A stretch of 25,995 nt of DNA from Lepidodermella squamata (taxonomy: Eukaryota > Animalia > Gastrotricha): the NCBI GenBank assembly GCA_047495785.1, contig JBLDXI010000131.1, positions 1-25,995 on the forward strand, in the 5' to 3' direction. The notes beneath the pieces were generated by a model that was not told where the DNA came from, did not search any database, and worked only from the letters and a program-made list of their open reading frames with translations. Below, one piece after another: positions 10,401 through 19,975 of this stretch. The stretch's first letter is position 1. Each line of letters starts with the position of its first letter. The position numbers and the translations under genes are program-made.

Positions 10401-12771
10401 GCCACTAATCGGGGCTTCGACTGTAGCCTCTTCGACCAAACCTAAACGCAAGAGAATGGAAAAGGCGAAGAAAAAGCCCTTCAAGCTACCTTGGTGGTGT
10501 TCTATCGTAGCGTATTGCCTCGCAACTGTCGCTTGCGGTGTTGCTTTTTGGGCAATTGTTGAGTACGGAGGAGCCCTGGGACCTCAGAAAGCTACCGAGT
10601 GGCTGATTGCGATGGTGATTTCTCTTGTGACCGATATATTGTGCCTCCAGCCCCTAAAAATTCTGGCATTGGCCGCCTTCTACGCTTTGATCATAAAAAA
10701 TCCTGGCAAAGACGAGGATATCGATGAATTGATGGCTCTCAAGCAGGACGAGCAGTTCATGCGGCCTCGAACTATGTCTGTATCAGAAAAGAAAGAAGTT
10801 GAGGAAAAACGGCAAGAAGCCAAAGCAATGAGACAAGAGTACATTTTTTTGCCTCCGGACCCTGACGAGCTTCGCCAAGCTAGGGAAATCCGACTGAAGG
10901 AGTTAGCAATGTGGCGAATCATCAAAGAAGTCGGCTCTTACGTCATTTTCTTGTATATGATCATGTTCGTAGCCTACAGCAACATCGACGTCTTCTCGTT
11001 TGAAATGCAAACAACCGCCAGGCGGGCATTCATTCAAGCTAAATTTGTGAATGCTGGCGTAGCTTTAACTGATGTTCATTCCAGTGACCAGTTTTGGGAC
11101 TACGCCAATATCACCTTGCTGCCAACACTCTTCAATAGAACGTGGTACAACGGAAATCCTGAAGAGCTGAAAGGCTCATTTTCAAGGGAGAAGACCCTTT
11201 ACTTGGCTGGAGTTCTGCGCCTCCGCCAGGTCCGAATGAGTAATGAAGGATGTCGAATAGTGAAAAAATTCCGAGGATTCCTTCTGCCCTGTGCATCCGA
11301 GTACAATATCTTAGCACAGGAGACTCGGAATTACACGAAGGGCTGGAAGTCTCTCGATATCAATGGATCAACCGCGAACCAAAGTAGTGCTATCGACAGA
11401 GCCTGGAGTTACAAATCTCCGCTCAAGACTGGATCAAGTCCATCCCAAGGAAATTTAGCTCTGTACGATGGCGGTGGGTACACAGCTGAATTTCCCAAGG
11501 TTTTGGAACAAGCAATAGCTTTGCTGAGTGACCTCAAGAGCAGTCGCTGGCTTGATGAGAAGACGCGGGGCTTGTTTTTGGAATTCAATCTATACAATCC
11601 AAGTCGAAGTATTTTCGCTGTCAGCCAGACCATACTAGAGATTCCTCCGACGGGTGGCATTGTCCTTTATCCGTACTTTTACATCCTCAAGTGAGAATGC
11701 CCGGTTAAATATTTTCCTTTATCATCGATTTCTTTTTTCAGGATGCAGTCATACAGTACCCCAGGTGAAATGGTGAACCTCGCTGTCCAGCTTGTTTGCC
11801 TCCTCGTTGTTCTCGTACTCTTCATCCGAGAATGCATCAAAGCTCGGAAAAAGAAGCTTGAATACTGGAGAGATGGTTGGTTAGTCGTCGATTTCGCCCA
11901 TCTCCTCTCGTGCCTGGTCTGGGCTGGGATGTTTGCAGCTCGCTATTTCGCCTTCAAACATGTAGCCGGCGGCTTCAAAAACCGAATCAATTCCTACACA
12001 AACATGGACTTGATAATTGTCTACGACTTCATGGTCTCGGTGTTTGCCGCAGTCATCGTCTCAGTTGGGACACTTCGATTTATTCGCTTGTTGAGATTCG
12101 ACCATCACATCATGCTGATGTTGCATACCCTAACCCTAGCACAGCCTGTTTTGAAGAATTTCACGTACGTTTTCATGACGCTGTTCCTAGCCTTCGCTCA
12201 GTTGGGATTTCTGGCGTTTGGAAACACCCTTCAGCCATACTCGACCTTCGTCTCCTCTCTTGAAACCTGTCTCAGTATGCAAATGGGTGTTTTTGATTAC
12301 ACTAGCCTGAGGCGGTACTACCCAGCTTTGGGTCCTGCTTTCTTTTTGTTCTACTCTTGCCTGGTCACAATTATTTTGACTAATTTCTTGATCGCCTTCA
12401 TTGTGTACGCGTATGCCGATGCTGTGATGGATACAAAAGCTCAAGAGGCCGAAAGAGCAGTTATCCAGTTCATGATTGATAAAGTTATGAAAACTCTTGG
12501 AATGAAGCCAAAGCGGCCCCCAGCCTTAAATATCGACAAGAGATTCTTGTACACGGAAGAAGGTAGAGTGAGAGCCATTTCATTTGAATTTCTGTTTTTA
12601 CTTGTGTTCTCAGGCGGTTTCGAGGATGAGATTGATCGCTTCACAAGTCGTATGGATGAATTGATGGTGAAGCTGGATGAACACCTTGAGAAAACCAAAA
12701 GACAATGCGCCTCACTTTTCGACAAACGCACTCTACAGTTAAGCGCCAAACATGTTTATCTAACTGATTAG
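7478..12771 (+). CDS. Polycystin-1 family (PKD1L/REJ-like) receptor-channel subunit, 5'-truncated; exons <7478-7818, 7877-7991, 8046-9000, 9057-11690, 11742-12562, 12614-12771 (~1670 aa visible)
   Basis: GPS motif CNFWD...WSTDGC...TQCFCNHL|TTFG (HL|T at 9355-9363), followed by TM1. PLAT domain (YELTIWTG...AGTTARV...WHDNSGKHPGWY...CDRWLAVEEDDG). TOP domain (GVLRLRQVR, YDGGGY, WLDEKTRGLFLEFNLYNP). Channel TMs with pore-like QMGVFDY, and a C-terminal coiled-coil-like helix. All five introns are GT-AG, 51-58 bp, and phase-consistent. Confidence 0.93.
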
Positions 12772-12878
12772 CACAGTTTTCTCTAACAATGTGTGATAAA
12801 GACTAGAAACCAGGTGATTTCCTTTTAGTGTAAGAGACTGACGATTCGTGAATGTTTCAAAATAATTCCAGTGACGAG

Positions 12879-12884
12879 AATAAA
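12879..12884 (+). terminator. Candidate poly(A) signal AATAAA for the polycystin gene
   Basis: Canonical hexamer 108 nt after the stop codon, in the 132-bp gap between convergent genes. Confidence 0.5.
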
Positions 12885-12903
12885 TTATAATTTGCTGTTT
12901 CAA

Positions 12904-15900
12904 TCATTTGAATTCGTGCTCTTCCAATGAAGCAGCGAAGCTCAAGTCTGGAAGAGGCTTGTAAAACCCTTCCTTACCAACCAGATGGTAAGTCTCAATC
13001 TGTCCCTTCCCCTTCATTGATACCAAGCCTCTTCGCTCGAATTTGAACCCACCGATCGCATCCAGAGCTCTTTTAGCCTCAGGACTGACATGAATCCTGA
13101 GGGCTAGGCCAGAGCTCTCCATCCTAGACGCGTAATTCACCGTATCTCCGAACAAGCAGTATCTAGGCATCTTGAGACCTACTATCCCAGCTACAACAGA
13201 TCCAGTATGGATTCCGATGCGAAGCTGCAAGAACTTTTCAGGCCGATGGCGTATTTTGAACGTTGTAACTCGACTCATCATTTCGAGAGCCATAGTCGCG
13301 ATTTCGGCAACATGCGTCTTATACCTGATAGGCAGACCACTCGCCACCATGTAGGCATCGCCAATCGTTTCGACTTTGTAAACGTTGTATAAATCGATAA
13401 CCTGGTCGAATTCGCTGTACAGATCGTTCAGAAAATTGACAATATCCAGGGCGGAAGACTCGGCAGCTAGATTCGTGAAGCCCACAATGTCGGAGAAATA
13501 GACCGTGACTGAATCAAAAAATTCTGGTACAACCACTCGGCCGCTTTTCAGCTCGTCAATGATCGATCGTGGTAGCATTTTGCTCAACAAATCTTCAGAT
13601 CGCTTTTGTTCCTCGGCCAATTCCTTAGTTCGAGCTTGAACAGTTGCCTCGAGGTTTTCGGCATAGCTCTCCATAGTTGCAATCATTTCATCAACCAGAA
13701 CTGCTGATATTTCCCTAAAATTCGAGAATTTTGAGCTAGTATTCCACGAAAAATGGATTCAACTTACTTTCCATGGCTAACCTTCTGCAAAATTCGAACA
13801 ATTGCTGAGAAGCCTGGCCGAAACGCTGAGACTTCATCCCAGCAATTTCGAGCGAGTTCCATGAGATCGCTCACGTCGCCAGGCAAGGTTTCAGGCGGGC
13901 AGTATGGTCGGAAAGGCGGGTAAGATCCAGCTCTAATTCGCGATAGAATAACCTTTTCCGGCAGGTTGTACTGGCTATATGGCATCAGTCGTGTCAGCAC
14001 CTCGAAAACAATAATTCCAAACGAGTAGACATCAGCTTTCTGAGTGCCTCGCGGTGGTCGTAGAATTTCAGGAATTTTAAGTAGCTCTGGCGCGGTCCAG
14101 TAGTTTCCTTGAGGCGGCATTGAATCATAGGCAGCTTTGAGATCAGCAATCAAGGGATTTGCGCGGTAGGCGGTGGCATTCAGATGTTGAGGGACGAAAC
14201 CAAGGGGTCGTTGTATGCCGAATTCATCCATTTCAACGTAACGAAGCGATGTAATCGGTATATTGCTGATTTTACAGAACCAGCGAGCGTCGACCAATAC
14301 GTTTTCTGAGGTGAGGTCGCCGTGCGAACCGACAGCCGATTGATGAAGATAAGCCATCCCCTACTTAGAAAAAAATTGAAAATTGAACCAGTGGCATTCG
14401 AAACTCACAGATGCAATGTCGTTGACGAAAGAGACCTTGAACAGCCTGTTAAGTTGGAGAGTTTTTCGAGCTAGAACTTGCGCTAGGGTTCCTTTGGCGC
14501 AGAAATCGTACAGCGCACAGACCCGATACGCATCTGGTATAATTCCGATGAATGGGTTAACATTGTCGTGCCGCAATTCTCTCAGTTGAACCAGTTCTTG
14601 TATCAGAGAATCGTCCGTTTGGCACGTGTACTTGCTCAGTAGAGTCACAAGAACGTTATCGCCTCGAAACTTAGCCCCAACTATCTTCCCAGCTGTCAGC
14701 ATATCCTGGGAATGTGGTATCAGGCCTGTATGGGATAGGCGGTTACCATTTGGGTCGATCACAGCAATCGTAGTGGATTCCTTGTTCTCTGATCCTACGG
14801 CTGAGCTCGGCCGAGAACCAATTTGAGAACTTTGAGCCCTTGAGTCGCAATCTTCCTTTTCAGCTTTCAAGAACTCCAACTCGCTGAAGGCAGCTAGAAC
14901 AGCATTCCGCGTGGTTTCCTTCAAACGACGCTGTTTTCGCGAGTAGCGAAACGTGATAATTGTCACGGCTAGGACAATGATTAAAATAACAGCCGAGCCA
15001 GAGATTGCTGGTGGTAGAATTGTTCTCAGTGAGATGGGACAGCCCGATCCACTACCTTCGAGTTCACACTCATTCTCTTCAGGCCTTTGAAAACCTGAGC
15101 CGATCCAGCGGGGTAGTTCCGTCATGTTCAGAGTCCGGCCAAACGACTCGAAAACCTTGATGAAAGACATCTGCCCGTTTTCTCCACTATACTGTAGGTT
15201 GAATGCCTCAAGAGCGATGACGTCCTTTTCGCAATCGTTGCCGAACTGCACGAAGGGTTCAGGTGATTCTCTGACTGAAAATATCGAAACTTCAAGGCTA
15301 TTAGGGCTGATTAGAACTTTATACTTACATGTAAACCTCGAGCCGCAGAATATCGTCGCGAAGTTACGGAGTTGAGCTTGGTTATTGACATAGATATCAA
15401 CCGCCTTTGCTAGGACCCTTATATCCGTGTAGAACTGGGTACCCATACCAGCACTTGGTATACCACGACTTCTGATTATCTGTAAATATTTTTAAAAAAT
15501 GAGAAAAAATCAATTAAATTGAGGTTTGTTTACTCTGAAGTTATCGAATAGCATCCGCTTTTGGCGAAGAATCATCAGACCTTCCAGACCATCCTTGATT
15601 AAAGGTTCGATAAGGGTATTGACTGTACCAGTCCAGGAAATAACGAACAAGGCTTTCCCATTCGCCAGCACTATGTCATTGTCCGCAATCGATTTCAATT
15701 CCCGTGAAAATTCAAAGATATCACTCTCACTCTCGAGCAAAAGAAAGGTCACGGTAGCTTTCAAAAGAATCAATCTTCTGACTTGATTATTGCGGCTGCA
15801 AACTTGCAGCTGGGCTAAGCGGACTGTGCAGAGGAACGATTTTGTCATGACCAAGTCCGACTTCCTCGACTTGAAGTACGAGTTCAGATCTTCGAAAAAC

Positions 15901-16653
15901 TTATCAGCAGCCGGCCAGTTCGGGGTCAAAACGAAGTGAAATCGCCTCCAGTTGTAGCGTTTTGACAGCTGCAGGGCAAAATTAACGGTCGAATGAGGTT
16001 CCAAGCCATTGAAGATTAATCTTGGAAAGGATGTTAGTCTTACAGGAATGTCATCGTCGAAATCATCATCGTCCTCTTTTTCCTCATCCCCTTCCTTATC
16101 AAACGAAACTTTCGGCTTCTTCTGAGAGACGTACGCCCCGGTTCCTGGGAAACAGCACGCGGATAAGGTGAGGACGTAGCTGGGTAAAATTTCGATTAGT
16201 TCACCCAGCTCCTTGCACCGCTGAGCCGTACATCGAGCCGTGTCGAGTATAGCGATCAAACGACTTTTCTCCGCAATTTTCGGGTCCATGGTTGCGTCCA
16301 TCATGCGTTCAGCTTTTGCTGACCTGATGTATTGGAACGTAATGTTAGCGTGCTTGTTTGCCGGTACCCCAGTTATGTTTCTCGCTCGATTTAGCCTGAA
16401 CAATGTGTTCTGGCGGTTTTCAGCCGAAATGGCGAGATTCGCCACAGACTCAGCCTATAGAAAATAGTTGCAGAACAATTCAGTTGTAGGAAATAAAATG
16501 GCAAACCGTCTCATTTGAATTTATCAGCCAAGCCGTGCCGTTAGGCGTGAAATCTTCCAGGATGATGGCAATACGAAAAACTTCATCCAGTTTGAACAGT
16601 TGAGTGTGCACCGAAACCGCGCGGCAGGCGATAAGGAAAATTGCGATGAGCAT
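12904..16653 (-). CDS. Receptor (transmembrane) guanylyl cyclase, NPR/GC-family architecture, ~1162 aa; exons 16653-16507, 16454-15534, 15479-15329, 15274-14409, 14360-13768, 13714-12904
   Basis: Signal peptide MLIAIFLIACRAVSVHT, a divergent ANF-type ectodomain and one TM (AVILIIVLAVTIITF). Kinase-homology domain (LRHDNVNPFIG, DIASGMAYLH, WTAPELL, ADVYSFGII) and signalling helix MESYAENLEATVQARTKEL. Cyclase motifs [18 protein letters not shown] and [19 protein letters not shown] carry the GTP-specifying Glu/Cys. Introns are 48-54 bp and the spliced length of 3489 nt is divisible by 3. Confidence 0.95.
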
Positions 16654-17300
16654 TTTCTTGAGAGTGAGGTGAATTGCTGATCATAAGGCACCATAAGGTG
16701 TAAAGCCAATCAATTGCCATTAGGGATGATTAGAGCAGGTTACTTCGCTTTGAAATTCTAATAATACTAATTACAAAAGCGATTCACGGATTTTCGTAAC
16801 CCCGCGCAGTACAAATTATTAGCTTAGCACTAGGCAAGGTACTAGTAATTAGTAATCAACATGAAAATGCTCTAGCGACTTGAATAGGTTTCCCTCTTCC
16901 CTCGGTCTCTTCAGGTGTTAATCTCCACTTTCCGACTTTCACTTTTCTGAGATTTCATTACGTCAAAACCGAGTTACTTTGAAGTCTTCATGGGAATGAG
17001 GACTGGGATTGGCTCAGAATAAACAGAAATGAATCAAATGGAACGTCTATGTTTTTCGGTAACTAGCTCTTCCAACTGTTCACAAGCTTCGAGTTTTGAA
17101 TACCCACGCTATCGATCGATCGTTTGTACGGTTCCATGTTGTCGGTGCTTGTTGGCAACGGCAATCTCACACCCAGACGAATTTAACCGTGACTTATGCT
17201 CGTGAACGTGACATTTCCGGGGCAAACAAGTGATCGATGTTTAAGATGCGTGCTCTCGCTCAGTCTGACAGGATATCTCGCATAAAGCATAGATTATAAA
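16654..17300. promoter_or_regulatory. Candidate bidirectional promoter shared by the guanylyl cyclase and the class C GPCR
   Basis: 647 bp between divergent ATGs (16653 -, 17301 +). ATTGG (CCAAT box) at 17008-17012 and TTACGTCA at 16958-16965. Confidence 0.5.
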
Positions 17301-19700
17301 ATGAATTACATCAGCATTTTTGTGTTGGTACAATTCCCACTCGCAGTTAGTGCGTTGAGAAAAGCGAAGGATTTATCAGTTCTTGCTTTGATAACTTACA
17401 CTGGTAACGAGCCTAGAGATGGCAAACTATGTGAGGCTGCAATGAAGGTTGCAGTTGATGTGGCGAATAACCGCTCTGACTTCCTACCGAATTATCATAT
17501 CAACCCAGTATTCCTAGACGAGGGCCCCAACTCTTTGATCGCTCTTAGATTGATCGCGAACTTTCTGAGGAACTACGAAAAGACAGCTGCTCCTATCATT
17601 GTAGGGCCCTACTACTCAACTGGATGCCAAAGAGCTGCTGCGACCTTTCAGTACTTGAATATCAACAATTTCGGACTGGCTTGTTCTGCGATGGCCGGGG
17701 ATAGGGTCATGTACCCAAATCTATATCACATCAGGGCTACAACGGACGTCATCATATTTTCGAGGTTGGTCTTCATCAAGCAAGTTGGACAATGGGATCG
17801 GATCGCCATCCTAACAACCGCGTCAAGCTTTCGAGACTATAAGGGTGCCGTTGAACTCCAGAACTTACTCCAAGCTAATGGAGTGGCAGTTCCTTGGATC
17901 AATGCTGTAACTGATTTCGACCCAAGTGTTATCCAGTCGATACTGAGAAGTGATTTAAGAGTTATCGCTATTGAAACCTCGACAATGGAGCTTGTTATTC
18001 GATTCTTTTGCGTTTCGTACTTGGAAGGCCTAACGGGGAGTCGTTATGTATTCCTAACCACAACTAGCATCATGTTTTACCCAGATGGGGTTCTCCCAAA
18101 TCTAATCAAAGGCTGCACTCGGGATATGCTCATCGAACAGCTGAAATACACCTTCATGATATCGCAATACATGTTTGCGCATCAAAATTACGGGAAGACC
18201 AGCCTTGGTTACGATAAAGACCGATTCGAAGCAATGATCAGGGCAAGATATGGGCGTAATGCTAGCATGTCACAGGACTTCGCCATAAGGGATTCATGCC
18301 ACGATGGGATGATGAATACGATACTTGCACTTTATGAAACTGAGGAGAACCTCCAAGATCTCAATATGACCTTGAGTGATTACGCAACTTACCCGGAGCT
18401 GGTTTCGAGCATCGCGAATCAAACAACAGCCGAATTAGAGCCGGTAGGAATTCGAGTCGGTCTTCAGAAGTGGTCGAGGCGATTAGAGCCAGATGACGAG
18501 CCTCAATCGATTGTTCGATGGTCTGAAGAAGCGAAAAAGTATGAAGTTCTAGCTTTGGTGAACCACGATCCTATTCGAGACTATTTCGACCCTGGAAGTT
18601 ACTCCTTAGTCCAATTGGTTGATAAGATACCCTGGGCGACTCAGTCTGGCAAACCACCGATAGCTTTTCCGCCAACATTTGTGAAGAAACTCGATGCTCC
18701 AAGTCAGTTTGTATCTTTCATCCAATGTACTGCTGCAGCTTTCAGTCTGGTTCAAATCCTTACCTATTTCCTGGTAGCTATCATCATTCATCGGTCAAGT
18801 TGCCGAAAGAGTGAGATGAGGAAACAGATAATCTTCAAACTCGGTCTATTGCTTGCTCTCATCGCGAGTAATGCCGCTTCTATAAGTTTCGTCCTAGGTT
18901 CAGACAGTGGAGAGATTTGTATTCTGAAGGTTCTGTTCTCTTCTGGAGCTTTTGGAGCCTTTTCCGTTTCTACTCTACTAATCATTGTGTTGTTCCTCAA
19001 GAAGCCAGATAACTTCTTTGAAACATCAAGGCTTCCTAATGTCTTGAATGGAGCTATACTGGTCGATATACCGAATTCTCCTGGTTCACCGCAAGTCCAT
19101 CCCGGTAGACCTCGAGCTATGACAGCTGAAAGAAAAAGCGCTGCGATATCGAACCTTCAAAAATTCCGAAGCGTTTCTCGAAAGTACAGCACAATGATTG
19201 CAAGTCAGCGGCAGTTACCTAGACTACCGATTTTAGGAATTTCATTACTCACCCTTCTTCAGTGTTTCATAACGATATTATGGCTCGCCTTTGATACCCC
19301 TCGATCTAAGACGATCAGCACTACAAATGGGCCTATATACATTTTCGACTCGAATAGAGATTTCTATCAAGATACAACAACTTCAGTTTGCATGAGCAAT
19401 TACTTCACGAAATGGCTTGGCACTCTCTGCGCGATTCAGGGCCTTACCTTCGTCTCATGCATTGTCATTCAGTCGAGAAATAGACATCGGCAGGATATCA
19501 AACCATTGACAATAACCCAGGTCAATTTGACTACGTTATTAGCTGCAGCCATCATGTTGAACTACGTCATATCAAGTCCTGTTCTACAGGGCATAATCAA
19601 TTCGATAATTGCACTCGTGATATCGTGTGTAAGCTATGTTTTGACTTTTGGACGAGAGGCGGCTAGTCACATAAACAGGTCTTTCGTCTCATCTCATTGA
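17301..19700 (+). CDS. Intronless divergent class C GPCR (Venus-flytrap + 7TM, GABA-B-like architecture), 799 aa
   Basis: Signal peptide and ANF-type binding-domain motifs (FLPNYHINPVFLD, PIIVGPYYS, YPNLYHI, WDRIAIL). Stalk IPW...GKPP with no cysteine-rich domain. Seven hydrophobic segments, with Cys at the top of TM3 (EIC) and in ECL2 (VCMS). Confidence 0.85.
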   Translation: MNYISIFVLVQFPLAVSALRKAKDLSVLALITYTGNEPRDGKLCEAAMKVAVDVANNRSDFLPNYHINPVFLDEGPNSLIALRLIANFLRNYEKTAAPIIVGPYYSTGCQRAAATFQYLNINNFGLACSAMAGDRVMYPNLYHIRATTDVIIFSRLVFIKQVGQWDRIAILTTASSFRDYKGAVELQNLLQANGVAVPWINAVTDFDPSVIQSILRSDLRVIAIETSTMELVIRFFCVSYLEGLTGSRYVFLTTTSIMFYPDGVLPNLIKGCTRDMLIEQLKYTFMISQYMFAHQNYGKTSLGYDKDRFEAMIRARYGRNASMSQDFAIRDSCHDGMMNTILALYETEENLQDLNMTLSDYATYPELVSSIANQTTAELEPVGIRVGLQKWSRRLEPDDEPQSIVRWSEEAKKYEVLALVNHDPIRDYFDPGSYSLVQLVDKIPWATQSGKPPIAFPPTFVKKLDAPSQFVSFIQCTAAAFSLVQILTYFLVAIIIHRSSCRKSEMRKQIIFKLGLLLALIASNAASISFVLGSDSGEICILKVLFSSGAFGAFSVSTLLIIVLFLKKPDNFFETSRLPNVLNGAILVDIPNSPGSPQVHPGRPRAMTAERKSAAISNLQKFRSVSRKYSTMIASQRQLPRLPILGISLLTLLQCFITILWLAFDTPRSKTISTTNGPIYIFDSNRDFYQDTTTSVCMSNYFTKWLGTLCAIQGLTFVSCIVIQSRNRHRQDIKPLTITQVNLTTLLAAAIMLNYVISSPVLQGIINSIIALVISCVSYVLTFGREAASHINRSFVSSH

Positions 19701-19739
19701 TTATCTCTCAAGTTACACACGTGATGCAAGTTCATCTTC

Positions 19740-19745
19740 AATAAA
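19740..19745 (+). terminator. Candidate poly(A) signal AATAAA for the GPCR
   Basis: Canonical hexamer 40 nt after the TGA. Confidence 0.55.
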
Positions 19746-19975
19746 ATGGATTTGTTAGAAACATCCGGGATCAGTGTAAGTTAGGGAAAACACTGAAATT
19801 TTCCAAAAAATATCAAAACGTGCACTTATAAATGAACAAAAACGCGCAAAAGCCAAACGTCGCATCTTCAGGCAACCACCATTGGTCGCCGTCATTAGGG
19901 TAAATTCCGATTTTACCGCTGTAATAGCGCAAGAAATATATTTCTATATAATATATAACTCCAGTATTAGTATAT

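Larger units (their letters stand above)
11536..19026. repeat. Right arm of the inverted duplication (collinear with flanking genes, so probably the original copy)
   Basis: Reverse complement of 1-7477 apart from the 13621-13650 vs 5377-5392 difference. The polycystin and GPCR reading frames continue uninterrupted across both ends of this arm. Confidence 0.97.

Noticed and set aside
27-19000. Numerous 60-175 aa ORFs overlapping the main genes (e.g. 27-239, 3241-3501, 6264-6572, 8473-9000, 10005-10322)
   Set aside because: They are antisense or off-frame shadows of real exons, and appear twice only because of the inverted duplication.
17301-19700. Assigning GABBR1/2 (and likewise NPR1 or PKD1L2) gene symbols
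   Set aside because: Family-level motifs are clear, but orthology needs phylogeny, and the GPCR lacks the GABA-B coiled-coil tail.
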